A stretch of DNA of 64,000 bases, from the NCBI GenBank assembly GCA_951406725.2, contig OX597816.1, positions 170,066,001 through 170,130,000 of the forward strand, in the 5' to 3' direction. The translations under genes were made by a program, and so were the position numbers. The stretch's first letter is position 1, and each line of letters begins with the position of its first letter. The notes under the pieces were generated by a model. The model did not search any database. It saw only the letters and a list, made by a program, of their open reading frames with translations, and was not told where the DNA came from. Of this stretch, positions 1 to 12,153 are shown in pieces. The stretch comes from Octopus vulgaris. Lineage: Eukaryota.

Positions 1-1496
1 TATCTTCTATGTACACATGAATTTATGGAAATATTAAAAACTAAAACAATATCGTTTAACGCCTAGGATGAACGAAAAATTGAATGTAAACATAAGCTGA
101 ATTGCTTATTTAATAAGATGAGATAAGATTAGTTTCTTTAGAAAATAAATAAAACCCTAATTTTAAATCAATAAAATGGTTGAGAATAATTTTTAGATAT
201 AATGTATAATCATACTTTATTATTTTAGTATAACTAGAATTTATTAATTTATATATGTGTAAGATAACATAGATATTTTAGTTTTATGTCTTAATCGAAT
301 ATGCAGCAGAATTTTATATTATATTATTAAATTCTTAATATCAAATTAGTAACTCAATTTGAAGAGTAACGTTAATTTTAATAATAATAGTTAATCAATA
401 GATATTAAATATTATTATAATTATAAAAATTATAAAAAATTAGCCTTTTACTTATTCAAAAATATTTCCATCGGTTAAGTTATTTGGAGTACTTGTTTGC
501 CAATCTGTATGTTTGGTTGTTTGTTGATGTTGGCACATAAAAAAAATTAACCACGTAAAAAGTTAGACTATTCCCATCATATATTTATTTCCGGCTTCTA
601 GTTTTTTTTTTTTACCACTTACTTCCCTTACACGGTAAATATATAAAATAGCAAATATATTTTAAGAACTCTTAAATGTTAATAAGGATTATCTCCCCAA
701 CACTGGAGCTCTCAAGGTTGGATATACGTTCTTCATTTGGAAGCAATGATTAATTCGCGACAAGGAAATTACCAAAAAGATGAGTTAACATTCATTTTTC
801 TTATTTTTATTACTTTTTATCCCTCATTTTTGTTTCTAATATCGTAATAAAAAATTATTTCGACGATTTCTAGTTCTATAATTTCTTTATATTGGATGTA
901 AATAGTAAAATAGTTTTACATAATACAGAGATGAAGATTGACAGTTTAGTCGGATTGATATGGTATTGAATTTCGAGAACTTCTATTTCAGCAATACCGA
1001 TAGATATTGTCATGAAACGCGCGTAGTGTATATAATTTAATATAGGATTCAGAATAAGAATTGTAGATATTAATTTAATCTTGTATATCTCTATCATAGA
1101 TAATGTCGTTCAATGTCCATTGAGTTGCTTGAAGGTGGTTCTGTCTCTTAAAACTATATATTTATATGTATATAATACAGCGAGTAATTCATTTTAGTAC
1201 CACTAAATTGAATTTCTCTCCCCTGTGGACTCGGAAATAACTTCCCTAACATTAATATTAATATATATATAAGTATTCGAGTAATGGCGCTAAGCACTTT
1301 TTACGTATAATCACAATGTAGGTTAGTTGAAATATGTTTGTCACATATATGTATATACGCATGTATATATGTGTATATATTATTGCACAGATATATGTAT
1401 TATGCATGTATATATATGTATATATATATATACATATATATATACATAGATACATATATATAAATACTCATATATATATATACATATATGTATCTC

Positions 1497-1714
1497 TCTC
1501 TTACTCTTTTACTTGTTTCAGTCATTTGACTGCGGCCACGCTGGAGCACCACCTTTAGTCGAGCAAATCGACCCCGGGACTTATTCTTTGTAAGCCCAGT
1601 ACTTATTCTATCGATCTCTTTTGCCGAACCGCTAAGTTACCGGGACGTAAACGCACCAGCATCGGTTGTCAAGCAATGCTAGTGGCACAAACACAGACAC
1701 ACAAACATACACAA

Positions 1715-1801
<87 letters not shown>

Positions 1802-1967
1802 TACGACAGGCTTCTTTCAGTTTCCCTCTACCAAATCCACTCACAAGGCATTAGTCGGCCCGGGGCTATAGCAGAAGACACTTGCCCAAGATGCTACGCA
1901 GTGGGACTGAACCCGGAACCATGTGGTTGGTTTGCAAGCTATTTACCACACAGCCACTCCTGCTTCC
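1497..1967 (-). mobile_element. tRNA-derived SINE family A, near full length, with internal (TA)n/(TG)n
   Basis: Reverse complement matches copies at 11739, 30301, 49279 and 58312: head GCAGGAGTGGCTGTGTGGTAA, B-box-like GGTTCAGTCCC, tail GAAACAAGTAAAAGAG. Confidence 0.9.
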
Positions 1968-2326
1968 TTATAAAGTATGTTTTTAAGTATACTTCACAAT
2001 ATATGGACTGTATTAAGAAGTGCTCATTGCGTGCTAAATCGAAGGATAAGTGAAATTATAGAAGGAACACGTCTGAGCAATCAATACAAATTCCAAAGCG
2101 TAATTTAAAACACACAACGAAATAAATGTTTATACATATAAAGTTATAAAGCAGTGCACCAAATTACATGTAAAAGTCGTACGTGAAAAGTATGCATTAT
2201 GTGCTTTGTGCTCAGTTACCGAATGGAGGAGTGACAAATAAAGAAATAAAAATTCGAGCTAAGGGCTTCCAAAAAAAAAAAAAACCCTTCGAATCGATTA
2301 AGAATTTGATGTTAATATATTTATAT

Positions 2327-2557
2327 ATATTTCTTTACTACCCACAAGGGGCTAAACGCAGAGGGGACAAACGAGGACAGACAAACGGATTAAATCGATT
2401 ACATCGACCCCAGTGCGTAACTGGTACATAATTTATCGACCCCGAAAGGATGAAAGGCAAAGTCGACCTCGGCGGAATTTGAACCCAGAACGTAACGGCA
2501 GACGAAATACGGCTACGCATTTCGCCCGGCGTGCCAACGTTTCTGCCAGCTCGCCGC
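2327..2557 (-). mobile_element. SINE family C (GGCGAGCTGGCAGAA head; GTCGACTTTGCCTTTCATCCTTTCGGGGTCGATAAA central domain)
   Basis: tRNA-like head with GTTCAAATTCC B box; the same central domain recurs at about 16020, 21960, 22330, 22560 and 44580. Confidence 0.85.
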
Positions 2558-3189
2558 GAAACGTCGAATGAGAGTTGAAAATCTTAAAATTCAAGGATAA
2601 ATAGGTAAAGAAAGTTCTTCGGTGCTCGGAATAACTTATATATTTGCACCAATAGATTGTACTATGTTTAAAAACTAGTTTTTATTCTACATAACTTCCA
2701 AGTGGTTTTTAATATTTATGCTTCACCCAATGTAGAAACTAAAACAAAAAAAAAGAGAGAGAAAATAATGGATATATTCATAGATACATAAGTTAATGCT
2801 ATTTCAAAACATCGATGCTGTTATTTGCTTAAGGAGTTTACTGATAATTACTCACTGATAGACTAAATATAAAAGTATTTCCAATATATATCATTTTTAT
2901 AATATTTTCTTACATTGATAATAATCTTTAGCGAATCCCTCCTTTGCGTCGTGTGAAAGCAAACAACAACGTAAAATATTTAATTCGTTTTAAAATTCGT
3001 TTTAATTCTTCTCTCTCTCCCTCTCTCCACTTCCCCCACTCTCCCTTTCTGTTTATACATATTTTTATGTTTTCTTAATGTGTACGTAAACGTGGGGTCA
3101 TTTTTGTGTTAGTCGGATAAGATTTTAGTACATCTTAAGGTTTCTCTCTCTCTTCTGTATGTAAGTCAACCTCTATATTCTTTTATTTG

Positions 3190-3362
3190 TTTACACTTTT
3201 ACTTGTTACAGCCATTTGACTGCGGCCAAGTCGATATTCTTTGTAAGCCTAGTACTTATTCTATCGGCGCCTTTTGCCGAACCGCTAGTTAAAGAGACGT
3301 AAACACATCACTATTGTCAAGCAATAGTGATGGGACAAACACAGACACAAAGACACACACAT

Positions 3363-3365
<3 letters not shown>
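3190..3365 (-). mobile_element. SINE family A, 3' half
   Basis: Diverged match to the family A tail (ttacttgttacagccatttgactgcggcc...ttttgccgaaccgcta). Confidence 0.8.
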
Positions 3366-3454
<89 letters not shown>

Positions 3455-3456
<2 letters not shown>

Positions 3457-3737
3457 AGGCGCAATGGCTCAGTGGTTAGGGCAGCGGTTTCGATACCCAG
3501 ACCGGGCGTTGTGAGTGTTTATTGAGCTAAAACACATAAAGCTCCACGAGGCTCCGGCAAGGCGGGTGGTGGCGATCCCTGATGTACTCTTTCGCCACAA
3601 CTTTCTCTCACTCTTTCTTCTGTTGGCCTGCTCGCTTAGCCAGCGGGGTGTCGTCATTTGAATGCTAAAACAATGCGAAGCGCATTGTGACCAGCGATGT
3701 GTAGCAACATCTGATAGCCTGGTCGGTCACGGTGATA
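3455..3737 (+). mobile_element. SINE family B (tRNA-Arg-like head), tail type 1
   Basis: GGAGGCGCAATGGCTCAGTGGTTAGGGCAGCGG head; near-identical to 35631-35931 but lacking about 22 bp of the anticodon region. Confidence 0.88.
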
Positions 3738-3757
3738 TATATATATATATATATATT

Positions 3758-4574
3758 TACGGTGTCGCATATGTAGCGAAGACTTTGCCTGGCTGGTTGT
3801 AATGTCATAGTTTCTTGTTGACTTCTTTTCTTGTCTTTCTATTTCTCCTCTCTCTCTCTTTCACTCCTTTGTGTTCCCGCTCTTACGGTACGTCGCCAAT
3901 CTCCACGGTTGCTGGCAACTGCTCCCCAGCCACTAATATTGATGCCGCAGGCCTTCATGTCCCTTTTGCAAACATCCTTGTAACGTAAGAACGGTCTTCC
4001 CACAGACCTAGTGTCCCTAGGAAGCCCTCCGTAGAGTATGTCCTTGGGGATTCCGCCATCTTCCATACGGCTAACATGTCCGAGCCATCTCATACATCTT
4101 TGTGTGAGCAGTGCAAACATGCTTGGTATTCCTGCTTGCTTGGGGACATCTTTGTTGGGGACATGATTCTTCCATTTGATGCCAAGAATTTTCCGGAGGC
4201 AGTGCAGGTGAAAGATATTTAGGCGACGCTCTTGGCGTGTGTATGGCGTCCAAGTCTCACTTCCATACAGTAGAGTCCTAAGTATACATGCCTGGTAAAT
4301 CTTCATTTTTGTGGTCTGCGTCAGTTTATTGTTGTCCCTTGCCCGTTTGGAGAGTTGGGCCATCACCGCAGCTGCCTTGCTAATGCGTATATTGAGCTTG
4401 GCATCAAGGGATAGGTTGTAGGTAACGGTAGAGCCAAGATAAGTAAATCTCTGTGCGACTTTAGATTTTATAGTTAGTGGGTAGCGATTTTCTTCACTAC
4501 TTCAAGGAGTGACGACGCTGCCTGATATGAGTTCCGGGCTCAGCTGGCTCCGGCTGACAGTACCCGGTATGGGC

Positions 4575-4578
<4 letters not shown>
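3758..4578 (-). mobile_element. RTE-clade LINE remnant (RT C-terminus) with a short GC-rich leader
   Basis: ORF 3839-4366 has LLYGSETW, LRKILGIKW, RWLGHVSRM, IPKDILYG, GRPFLRYKD; upstream FTYLGS; (TA)n on both sides. Confidence 0.92.
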
Positions 4579-4629
<51 letters not shown>

Positions 4630-4962
4630 AGTAATAAGAGAGGGACCACATGAGGTCACTCTAACGCTAGAAATAAATCCGCAAAGGGAATCCACCACTA
4701 AAGAATTGTTCTCAAGCATTAATTCAACACGCCAAGAATGTAAGCGGGCAGTTCAAATGAAAAATAACGAAAAAATGGATTAACTCTATACAATTGTTTA
4801 ATCGTTAAAAGATTGTGTAATTTTACTTACAAATCATTTTCGAATCATCGGTAGAGTATATCAAAAATATAATTTGCTGAACCGAACGCCAAAATCCATA
4901 CGAATCCGAGCAAAGGCGAACAGCACAGCCGATTATAATTGCAGTTACGTTCAAATATCCTC

Positions 4963-5122
4963 CACGGGCTTCTTTCAGTTTCTGTCTCCCAAATCCACTT
5001 ACAAGGATTTGGTCGGCTCGGGGCTATAGTAAAAGTCACTTGAACAAGTTTCACATAGTCGGACTGAACTCGGAACTATGTGGTTGGGAATCAAGCTTCT
5101 TACCGTACAGTCAAACCTGCGC
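4963..5122 (-). mobile_element. SINE family A, 5' half, diverged
   Basis: cgggcttctttcagtttc...caaatccac...gactgaactcggaac matches the family A head. Confidence 0.75.
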
Positions 5123-5872
5123 GTTTATGTGTAACATTTCTACGTTTCACCTTTATTTTTACATGTGCGTATTTATAAATATGAAATCGAAATTTTTTTA
5201 AAAAATGGAATTATTTTCCAAATTTTCTGACAGCGACAGTTATGAAATAACGAAGCCTCTTTTCTGCTTTTTGAAATAGGCACATAAAAGCCGGAAATGT
5301 TTGTATACTCGATCAACCACATATAGTAGATCTCCTGGAGTAAAACCAAGTCAATATACTACCTTCCCTTATTTTTCTTACATTACATAGAAGACAGAAT
5401 CAGAAAATTGTTATATACTCCTTCTTAGATGTTTGACATTTGATATTTCTTAAGTGGATGACAGGTTTTTTCGTTCTCTTTTTCTTTTCTATTTTAATCT
5501 TTACTTTTTTCCTTGTTTCTTCTATTTACTTCCTCTACTCCAATGCCTTGAAGGAGTTCGTATATTACCATGAATGTAACCTTTCAAGTAACATCCGCTA
5601 CTCACTATCATACCTGTAACCTAAATAGGAGTGTCAACTTGTTCTCTTTTTATGAAGACTCCCAAATATCAAATTTAACCCTTAATTAAACCGAAGGAAC
5701 GCTTTGTTTTTGTAACATGACGTAACACTTTTGATCATCAATAAAAGAGACATCAGAAACAGCTGTAGTGAACCACAGGACCACCATTGTTATTTTTTAC
5801 CATCCATCCATACACACGAGCACACACACACATACAGACATACACACACACGCACACACACACATATATATA

Positions 5873-6062
5873 TGTAAAGAATAAAACGTTTTGAATGGTA
5901 TAGCAATGTACTATAATACAGACAATGGACTATATACCTGTTGTAATTTACTCATCCAAAATATCATACCAGACTATGGATAACTAAATTACAACACGTA
6001 TATAGTCCACTGTCTGTGTTATAGTGCATTGTTGTACCATTCAAAAGTTTTTATTCTTTACA
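5873..6062. repeat. 78-bp inverted repeat (fold-back) with a 34-nt spacer
   Basis: 5873-5950 is the reverse complement of 5985-6062 with 8 mismatches by manual alignment. Confidence 0.9.
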
Positions 6063-6539
6063 AACTATACACAATGCTTCCAGCGAAATACAATACTTTC
6101 CTATATATATATATAGGAAAAGTTTCATATCATTTCAAATTTCTAAGTACGAACATATGTAGTAAATGACCAGAAGGTAATTTTCATTATCCAATATAAT
6201 TATTATGAAGCTATTGTATTGGGACATTTAATGATGCAAATGTATATATGCTTATAATATATATATCTGTGCTTATGTTTTAGCATACGCGTATGTTTTC
6301 CTGAGCGTATACATATATATATGTATGTGTGTGTGTGTATGTATGTATATATGTATGTGAGTATGTATGTATGTATGTATGTATGTATGTATGTATGTAT
6401 GTATTATTTAATAAACACAATATATGTTTTTTATGTGTTATTATAAATTTCTTGCGATGAGAACAATTCATACAGTATCTATTACACATTTGTTGCCCAT
6501 ATGATATAACAATCTAATAATGTGAAGCTAGAATGAGAG

Positions 6540-7300
6540 TAAAAGCTAGAAAGAGCGAGAAAGTGGTAAATATAAAGGAAAACGAAAACGAAAAGAGAAC
6601 GAAGCAAAGGGGTCGGGAACTGGAGTTACTTCGCGTTTGGCCGGAAAATATGAGGATGAGAAAATAATGGCTTAGAGTCTGTGGCACAGCTGTTTAATCC
6701 GGAGAGGGTTGCACTTTCCAATTAGTCAAGAGAAACTTAGCCATATGTTTATAACCGCGGAAAACTTCGGATCTAGAATTCAGCAGAGAGTTAAAGCTCT
6801 TAGGTCTGAAAAGGATCTGAGTTTTCTCAGCTACGCATAGCTTTTTTTGATCCGTTAACATATTGTCTGAAATTTTCGGCTATTTTCGACTGTATCGTAT
6901 GAGGCGTAGCGTTCAGCTTCAAACTCCATACGTGGTCAGCCAACATTTGTTCCTGTGTCGTTAATAAGATATGTGATTAGCAGAGCGATCTTTTAAGTTG
7001 CCTTCACATAGTCCAATACAGATCTTCTTATCGGTTGTGTTATCATCTGGCATTGCTGTAACTTCCGCCTCATATATAATGGATTGAATCATATTTCTGG
7101 TCAAGTAGACAGGTTCCTGAATTTCGACAGTTACAAATGGGAGGGGACACTTGGTGTTGACCTCGGGTAATGATGCTTTTCACATTGGGGCAGCAGCTAT
7201 ATGCTAATTTCACTCAGCGCCCGTTAGATATTATCCAGTACCTGGGATTTTCTGGAAAATATTTGTCAAGGAGAGGCAGGAATCGTTTACCTATGTTAGT
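6540..7300 (-). mobile_element. Penelope-like element remnant (RT C-terminus/linker plus GIY-YIG endonuclease)
   Basis: Manual minus-strand translation across stops and frameshifts: GKRFLPLLDKYFP..VKLAYSCCPNVKSII..CNCRNSGTCLL..ICIGLCEGNLKDRSANH..HVWSLK..LCVAEK..LLNSRSEVF..HMAKFLL. Confidence 0.8.
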
Positions 7301-7346
7301 TCATCATCATCATCATCGTCATCATCAATATCATCATCATCATCAC

Positions 7347-7421
<75 letters not shown>
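7301..7421. repeat. Compound trinucleotide microsatellite (CAT)n>(TAT)n>(TGT)n
   Basis: Directly visible. Confidence 0.95.
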
Positions 7422-7439
7422 GCATGATATAGATAGACT

Positions 7440-7537
7440 AAATACTAGGCTTACAAAAAACAAGTCTTGGTGTATATTTGTTCGACTAAAGGCGGTGCTC
7501 TAGCACGGCCGCAGTCAAATGAATAAAACAAGTAAAA

Positions 7538-7574
<37 letters not shown>

Positions 7575-7602
7575 CTCCAAGTCTTATTCTTCGTAAGCCT
7601 AG

Positions 7603-7641
<39 letters not shown>

Positions 7642-7671
7642 CGACTCCAAGTCTTATTCTTCGTAAGCCTA

Positions 7672-7750
<79 letters not shown>

Positions 7751-7777
7751 CTCCAAGTCTTATTCTTCGTAAGCCTA

Positions 7778-7839
<62 letters not shown>

Positions 7840-7840
7840 T
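7440..7840. repeat. SINE A tail (+) followed by three identical 34-bp inverted SINE fragments embedded in (TA)n
   Basis: tcgactccaagtcttattcttcgtaagcctagta at 7571, 7641 and 7747. Confidence 0.9.
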
Positions 7841-7906
7841 GTATGTATGTTTATATATGTATATATATATACACACACATCTATCTATCTATGTATCTCT
7901 CTATGG

Positions 7907-7944
<38 letters not shown>

Positions 7945-7947
7945 ATA

Positions 7948-8830
7948 TACGAGGTGGGCACCCAAACGTTATTGGAAATGTTATCTGTGAGACAAACCCA
8001 TCGTAGTTCAAGCTTTCGCTGTTAGAAGCCATTTGATGCGACCCTCATGCATCAGTCGGCTGACCGGCATCGTCTGGTGATGTCGTACTGTCACTTGGTG
8101 TGTCTTTGTTTTGCAGTGCTTGTCTCCCGTTCGTCGTTTTTTTGCGATGGCTGAAACGAAGGGACAGCGTGCTTCCGTGAAATTCTGTTTTCTGGGTAAA
8201 ACGTTGGGTGAAACAGTTGTCATGCTACAAACATCTTACAAGGACGCTGCCATGAACAAAACACAAGGTTATGAGTGGTGTCCACGCTTTAAGAATAGTC
8301 CCCTGTCGCTTGGAGATCAACCCTGTTCAGAACGACTGCCGATCTCCCGAACGAATGCAAACATCATGAAAATACATGAATTGATTTTTGACGACCATCA
8401 CCGGACAATTGACGAATATGTTGACAGGTATGTTGTGTCTTGGAGCTTCTGCCAAAGAATTTTGAGTGAGAAATTGTGAAAGAAAAGAGTTGAAGCAAAA
8501 TTTGTTCCTCGCTTGCTCACGGAAGTTCAAATGTAGTCATGGCTGAATGCGTGTCGTGGAGTGAGACAACAGTTGGAATTTGACCTGACGTTTTTTCGAA
8601 GGTCATCACAGGTGACGAAAGCTGGTGCTACGGGATTTCTTGATGTGAAAGAGGTGAAGAAAAAAACGACAGGAGCGCTAAAATGCAAGAGTTCCAGTGG
8701 AAAACGCGCTTGGACCGATGCATTATTTCAAACGGAGAATAATTTGAAGGCGATAAAAGTGTAAACAAGTAATACTAAGTGAATAAAATAATACTAAAAA
8801 GATGTTGGTTTCTTTAGGGTACCTCCTCAT
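7948..8830 (+). mobile_element. mariner transposon, internally deleted
   Basis: QRASVKFCF..GKTLGETVVMLQ..YEWCPRFKN..FVPRLL..ITGDESW; degenerate TIRs tacgaggtgggcacccaaa / tttagggtacctcctcata. Confidence 0.88.
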
Positions 8831-8946
8831 AGAAATATGTACACATAATCATACACATATACCAAATCCAATATGAACCAAATATTGAACCCAGTACTGG
8901 CTCCAGGTGTGGCGTGTATGCACACACACACATATATATATATACA

Positions 8947-9115
8947 TGCCATGATAGATCGCTAGCCACTATACTTTCTCTCCCTGATTATTTTTGTGTT
9001 CCTTTCTGTCGAAGGCTCGAAACGTAAAAGACTACTCGCTTCCTGAGCGTTAAACGAATGCACCTGTTTGTTGTTTATACACCCATCCACGCCTTTTTTT
9101 GTAAATTCTCACTAT
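8947..9115 (+). mobile_element. Short non-coding Penelope-like terminal repeat with a degenerate minimal hammerhead
   Basis: CTTT-CTGTCGA-aggct-CGAAACGTA-AAAG at 9002-9030. Confidence 0.5.
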
Positions 9116-9599
9116 AACGGCGGTGCATCAACATGGCCGCATTTCTGAGCTGAAACTAGAGAGAAAAAATATATATATACACAGGCACAGACAGACAGAC
9201 ACACGCACACACACACATACACACACTTTCTTTATATATTGATATACATGTATGTAGACATATATATGCGTATAGGTAAAGGACACAGGTGTGATTCAAA
9301 ACACGCCGTTCCGGCTGCATTTTATTGACACGTTCTTACATTACATCATAGAAAAATCTCACCATCATCGGGTAAATTTTAAGCGCAAAAACAGGTCAGG
9401 TGGAAACAGAAGATTATCAGTTCACCAACTCACCTTTTAACAATTTTGTCGTTCTAGTAATTTCAATCCTCGATTCTGTTTTGCACTTACGTTTGTAGTA
9501 GCTATTTGATGAAAAATAAAATCGCAGAGCATAAAGAGAAGCAATACAAACAATTAGCCATTTGTAACCATATTACTCTATATATATATATATAGAGTA

Positions 9600-9995
9600 A
9601 TATACTTACAGTATAGAGTCAAAAGGTAGGATACGTAGCCGCCATGTATATAGGTAAACGTTAAAAAAACACAAACTGGGACAAGAACGTGAAACATTTT
9701 GAAGACGACAAAAAAACACACAGACGGGACTTTCGAAGCTCTCAGTCATCAGTCAAGAACCAGATCATCTTCGCAATTTCGGCTGATTAATCTTGAGATT
9801 GCTCCAATCTGGGCAGCCCGCCAAGGGAAATCTAAGCCAATCGCATTAGATTCCTTGGAAGAAAACCTCGAAAGTATACAACACGGTGACGGAAAAACGG
9901 ACGATGTTACTCGAAAAAAATTCAAAAATACGTAAAAACAATAAAGATAGCACGGATAAGAATACAAAATAACGTAAAAACAATAATAACAAATA
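9600..9995 (-). mobile_element. Non-coding interspersed repeat between (TA)n tracts, possibly Penelope-related
   Basis: (TA)n-bounded and T-rich on the minus strand; CTGATGA...CGAAA motif without valid stems. Confidence 0.35.
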
Positions 9996-10031
<36 letters not shown>

Positions 10032-10399
10032 CAGAGACCCACAGACATACAAATGTGTGTTTGTGTGCGTGTGTATGCATATACGCACACTCACACAACG
10101 GATATGTTTATTTATCAGCGTGTCAGTGAAAATATGTATACGCACACAAGTGTGTTACGGGACACTGAATCAGCTTGTGAAGCAGGTTCACTGCTACTTG
10201 ACAACAAATAAGAGATTCTAAAACTAAGCAGTGTCCATTAGCAACATGATTTCTTATCAAGCATGTAATGCATGCAGCTAGTCTCCATAGTAATGCATGG
10301 AATTATAGTTATTTCGACAAAATGAACGGTCATAGCCGTGTACCTAGGCTGTTACATCTCTTTATATAATCTTATATTTGTCTGTATATACACGCACAC

Positions 10400-10469
10400 C
10401 CACATACATACATAATACAGACATACATAATACAGACATACATGTGTGTATGGACAGATACATATGTAT

Positions 10470-10504
<35 letters not shown>

Positions 10505-10530
10505 ACATACATACATAAATACTTACGTAC

Positions 10531-10569
<39 letters not shown>

Positions 10570-10587
10570 CATTCATACATACATACA

Positions 10588-10621
<34 letters not shown>

Positions 10622-10639
10622 CATACATACATACATACA

Positions 10640-10673
<34 letters not shown>

Positions 10674-10675
10674 CA

Positions 10676-10709
<34 letters not shown>

Positions 10710-10735
10710 CATACATTCATACATACATACATACA

Positions 10736-10769
<34 letters not shown>

Positions 10770-10807
10770 CATATATACATACATTCATACATACATACAT
10801 ACATACA

Positions 10808-10841
<34 letters not shown>

Positions 10842-10923
10842 CATACATACATACATACATACATACATACATACATACATACATACATACATACATACAT
10901 ACATACATACATACATACATACA

Positions 10924-10957
<34 letters not shown>

Positions 10958-10965
10958 CATACATA
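10400..10965. repeat. (CATA)n/(TA)n microsatellite array
   Basis: Directly visible; source of the YIHT/MYVC ORFs. Confidence 0.97.
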
Positions 10966-11738
10966 AGTCGTTTTTTATTTCACGTTACTTGATCTAATGC
11001 TCTTTGTTGAAACAAATTTGTTGTGGGAAAAACACATTCAACTCGCTGAATGAACACAAAATCAGTTTTTTAAACATGAAGGAAAAGCCATTTTGACAAA
11101 TCTTTTTGCTTTGTACATGATTAAAGTACTTTTTCTGTGATAGTGATAAATAATGCAAATCAGCTGCAGCATTTTAAAACTAGATTTTAATTCTTCAGCA
11201 CAGCTTATCTTTCATGAATAGTTAAAATATTTCCAACACCAAACTCTGAAGAATGTCTTTAATGATCATTAATTAAATTAGGACACGACGACGAATTTGC
11301 AGCCAATCTTCTTTTGGTAATTCCAATGCATAGCTTGTACGATGGAATCGTACGCTTCAAGACAGAACATCTCATTAAAGATAGGCTAATATGTAGTCAC
11401 CTTTCCAGATGAATCAACAAATGAAGGTACAAAAAAAATATTAAGTGAATAAAATAATACTAAAAAGATGTTGGTTTCTTTAGGGTACCTCCTCATAGAA
11501 ATATGTACACATAATCATACACATATACCAAATCCAATAAAACTATTTGTAATAATAGCGATTGCCGAGTCAAATAATATTGCATTTCTGGTTAGAAGCA
11601 TTAAAAAACAAAATCAACACAACTTTCTCCTATCACACGTAATTGAACCACATAGTTTTCTGTCGATAACACGCATGAATTTTTTACTCCTTCTTATACG
11701 CATTTAATAATGCACATTTTTTAAAAAAATTTCTAACT

Positions 11739-12153
11739 GGCGCAGGGGTGGCTGTGTGGTAAGTAGCTTGCCTACCAACCACATGGTTCTGGGTTCAGTC
11801 CCACTGCGTGACATCTTGGGCAAGTGTCTTCTGCTATAGCCTCGGGCCGACCAAAGCCTTGTGAGTGGATTTGGTAGACGGAAACTGAAAGAAGCCCGTC
11901 GTATATATGTATATATATATGTATGTGCGTGTATGTGTTTGTGTGTCTGTGTTTGTTCCCCTAGCATTGCTTGACAAACGATGCTGGTGTGTTTACGTCC
12001 CCGTCACTTAGCGGTTCGGCAAAAGAGACCGATAGAATAAGTACTGGGCTTACAAAGAATAAGTCCCGGGGTCGATTTGCTCGACTAAAGGCGGTGCTCC
12101 AGCATGGCCGCAGTCATATGACTGAAACAAGTAAAAAGAGAAAAAAAGAGAAA
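11739..12153 (+). mobile_element. SINE family A, full length
   Basis: GGCGCAGGGGTGGCTGTGTGGTAAGTAG head through GAAACAAGTAAAAAGAG tail. Confidence 0.92.

Noticed and set aside
1-470. Very AT-rich stretch resembling a mitochondrial rRNA NUMT
   Set aside because: Only vague motif echoes; I could not find the conserved 12S or 16S blocks. BLAST against the mitogenome would decide.
4465-4578. HDV-like ribozyme in the RTE leader
   Set aside because: There is no downstream complement for a 5' P1 helix, so the nested pseudoknot cannot be built.
7571-7780. CRISPR-like repeat-spacer array
   Set aside because: The spacers are TA tracts, the repeat is a SINE fragment, the context is eukaryotic and there are no cas genes.
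9725-9765. CTGATGA...CGAAA on the minus strand as a hammerhead
   Set aside because: No valid stem II, stem III or NUH site could be paired.
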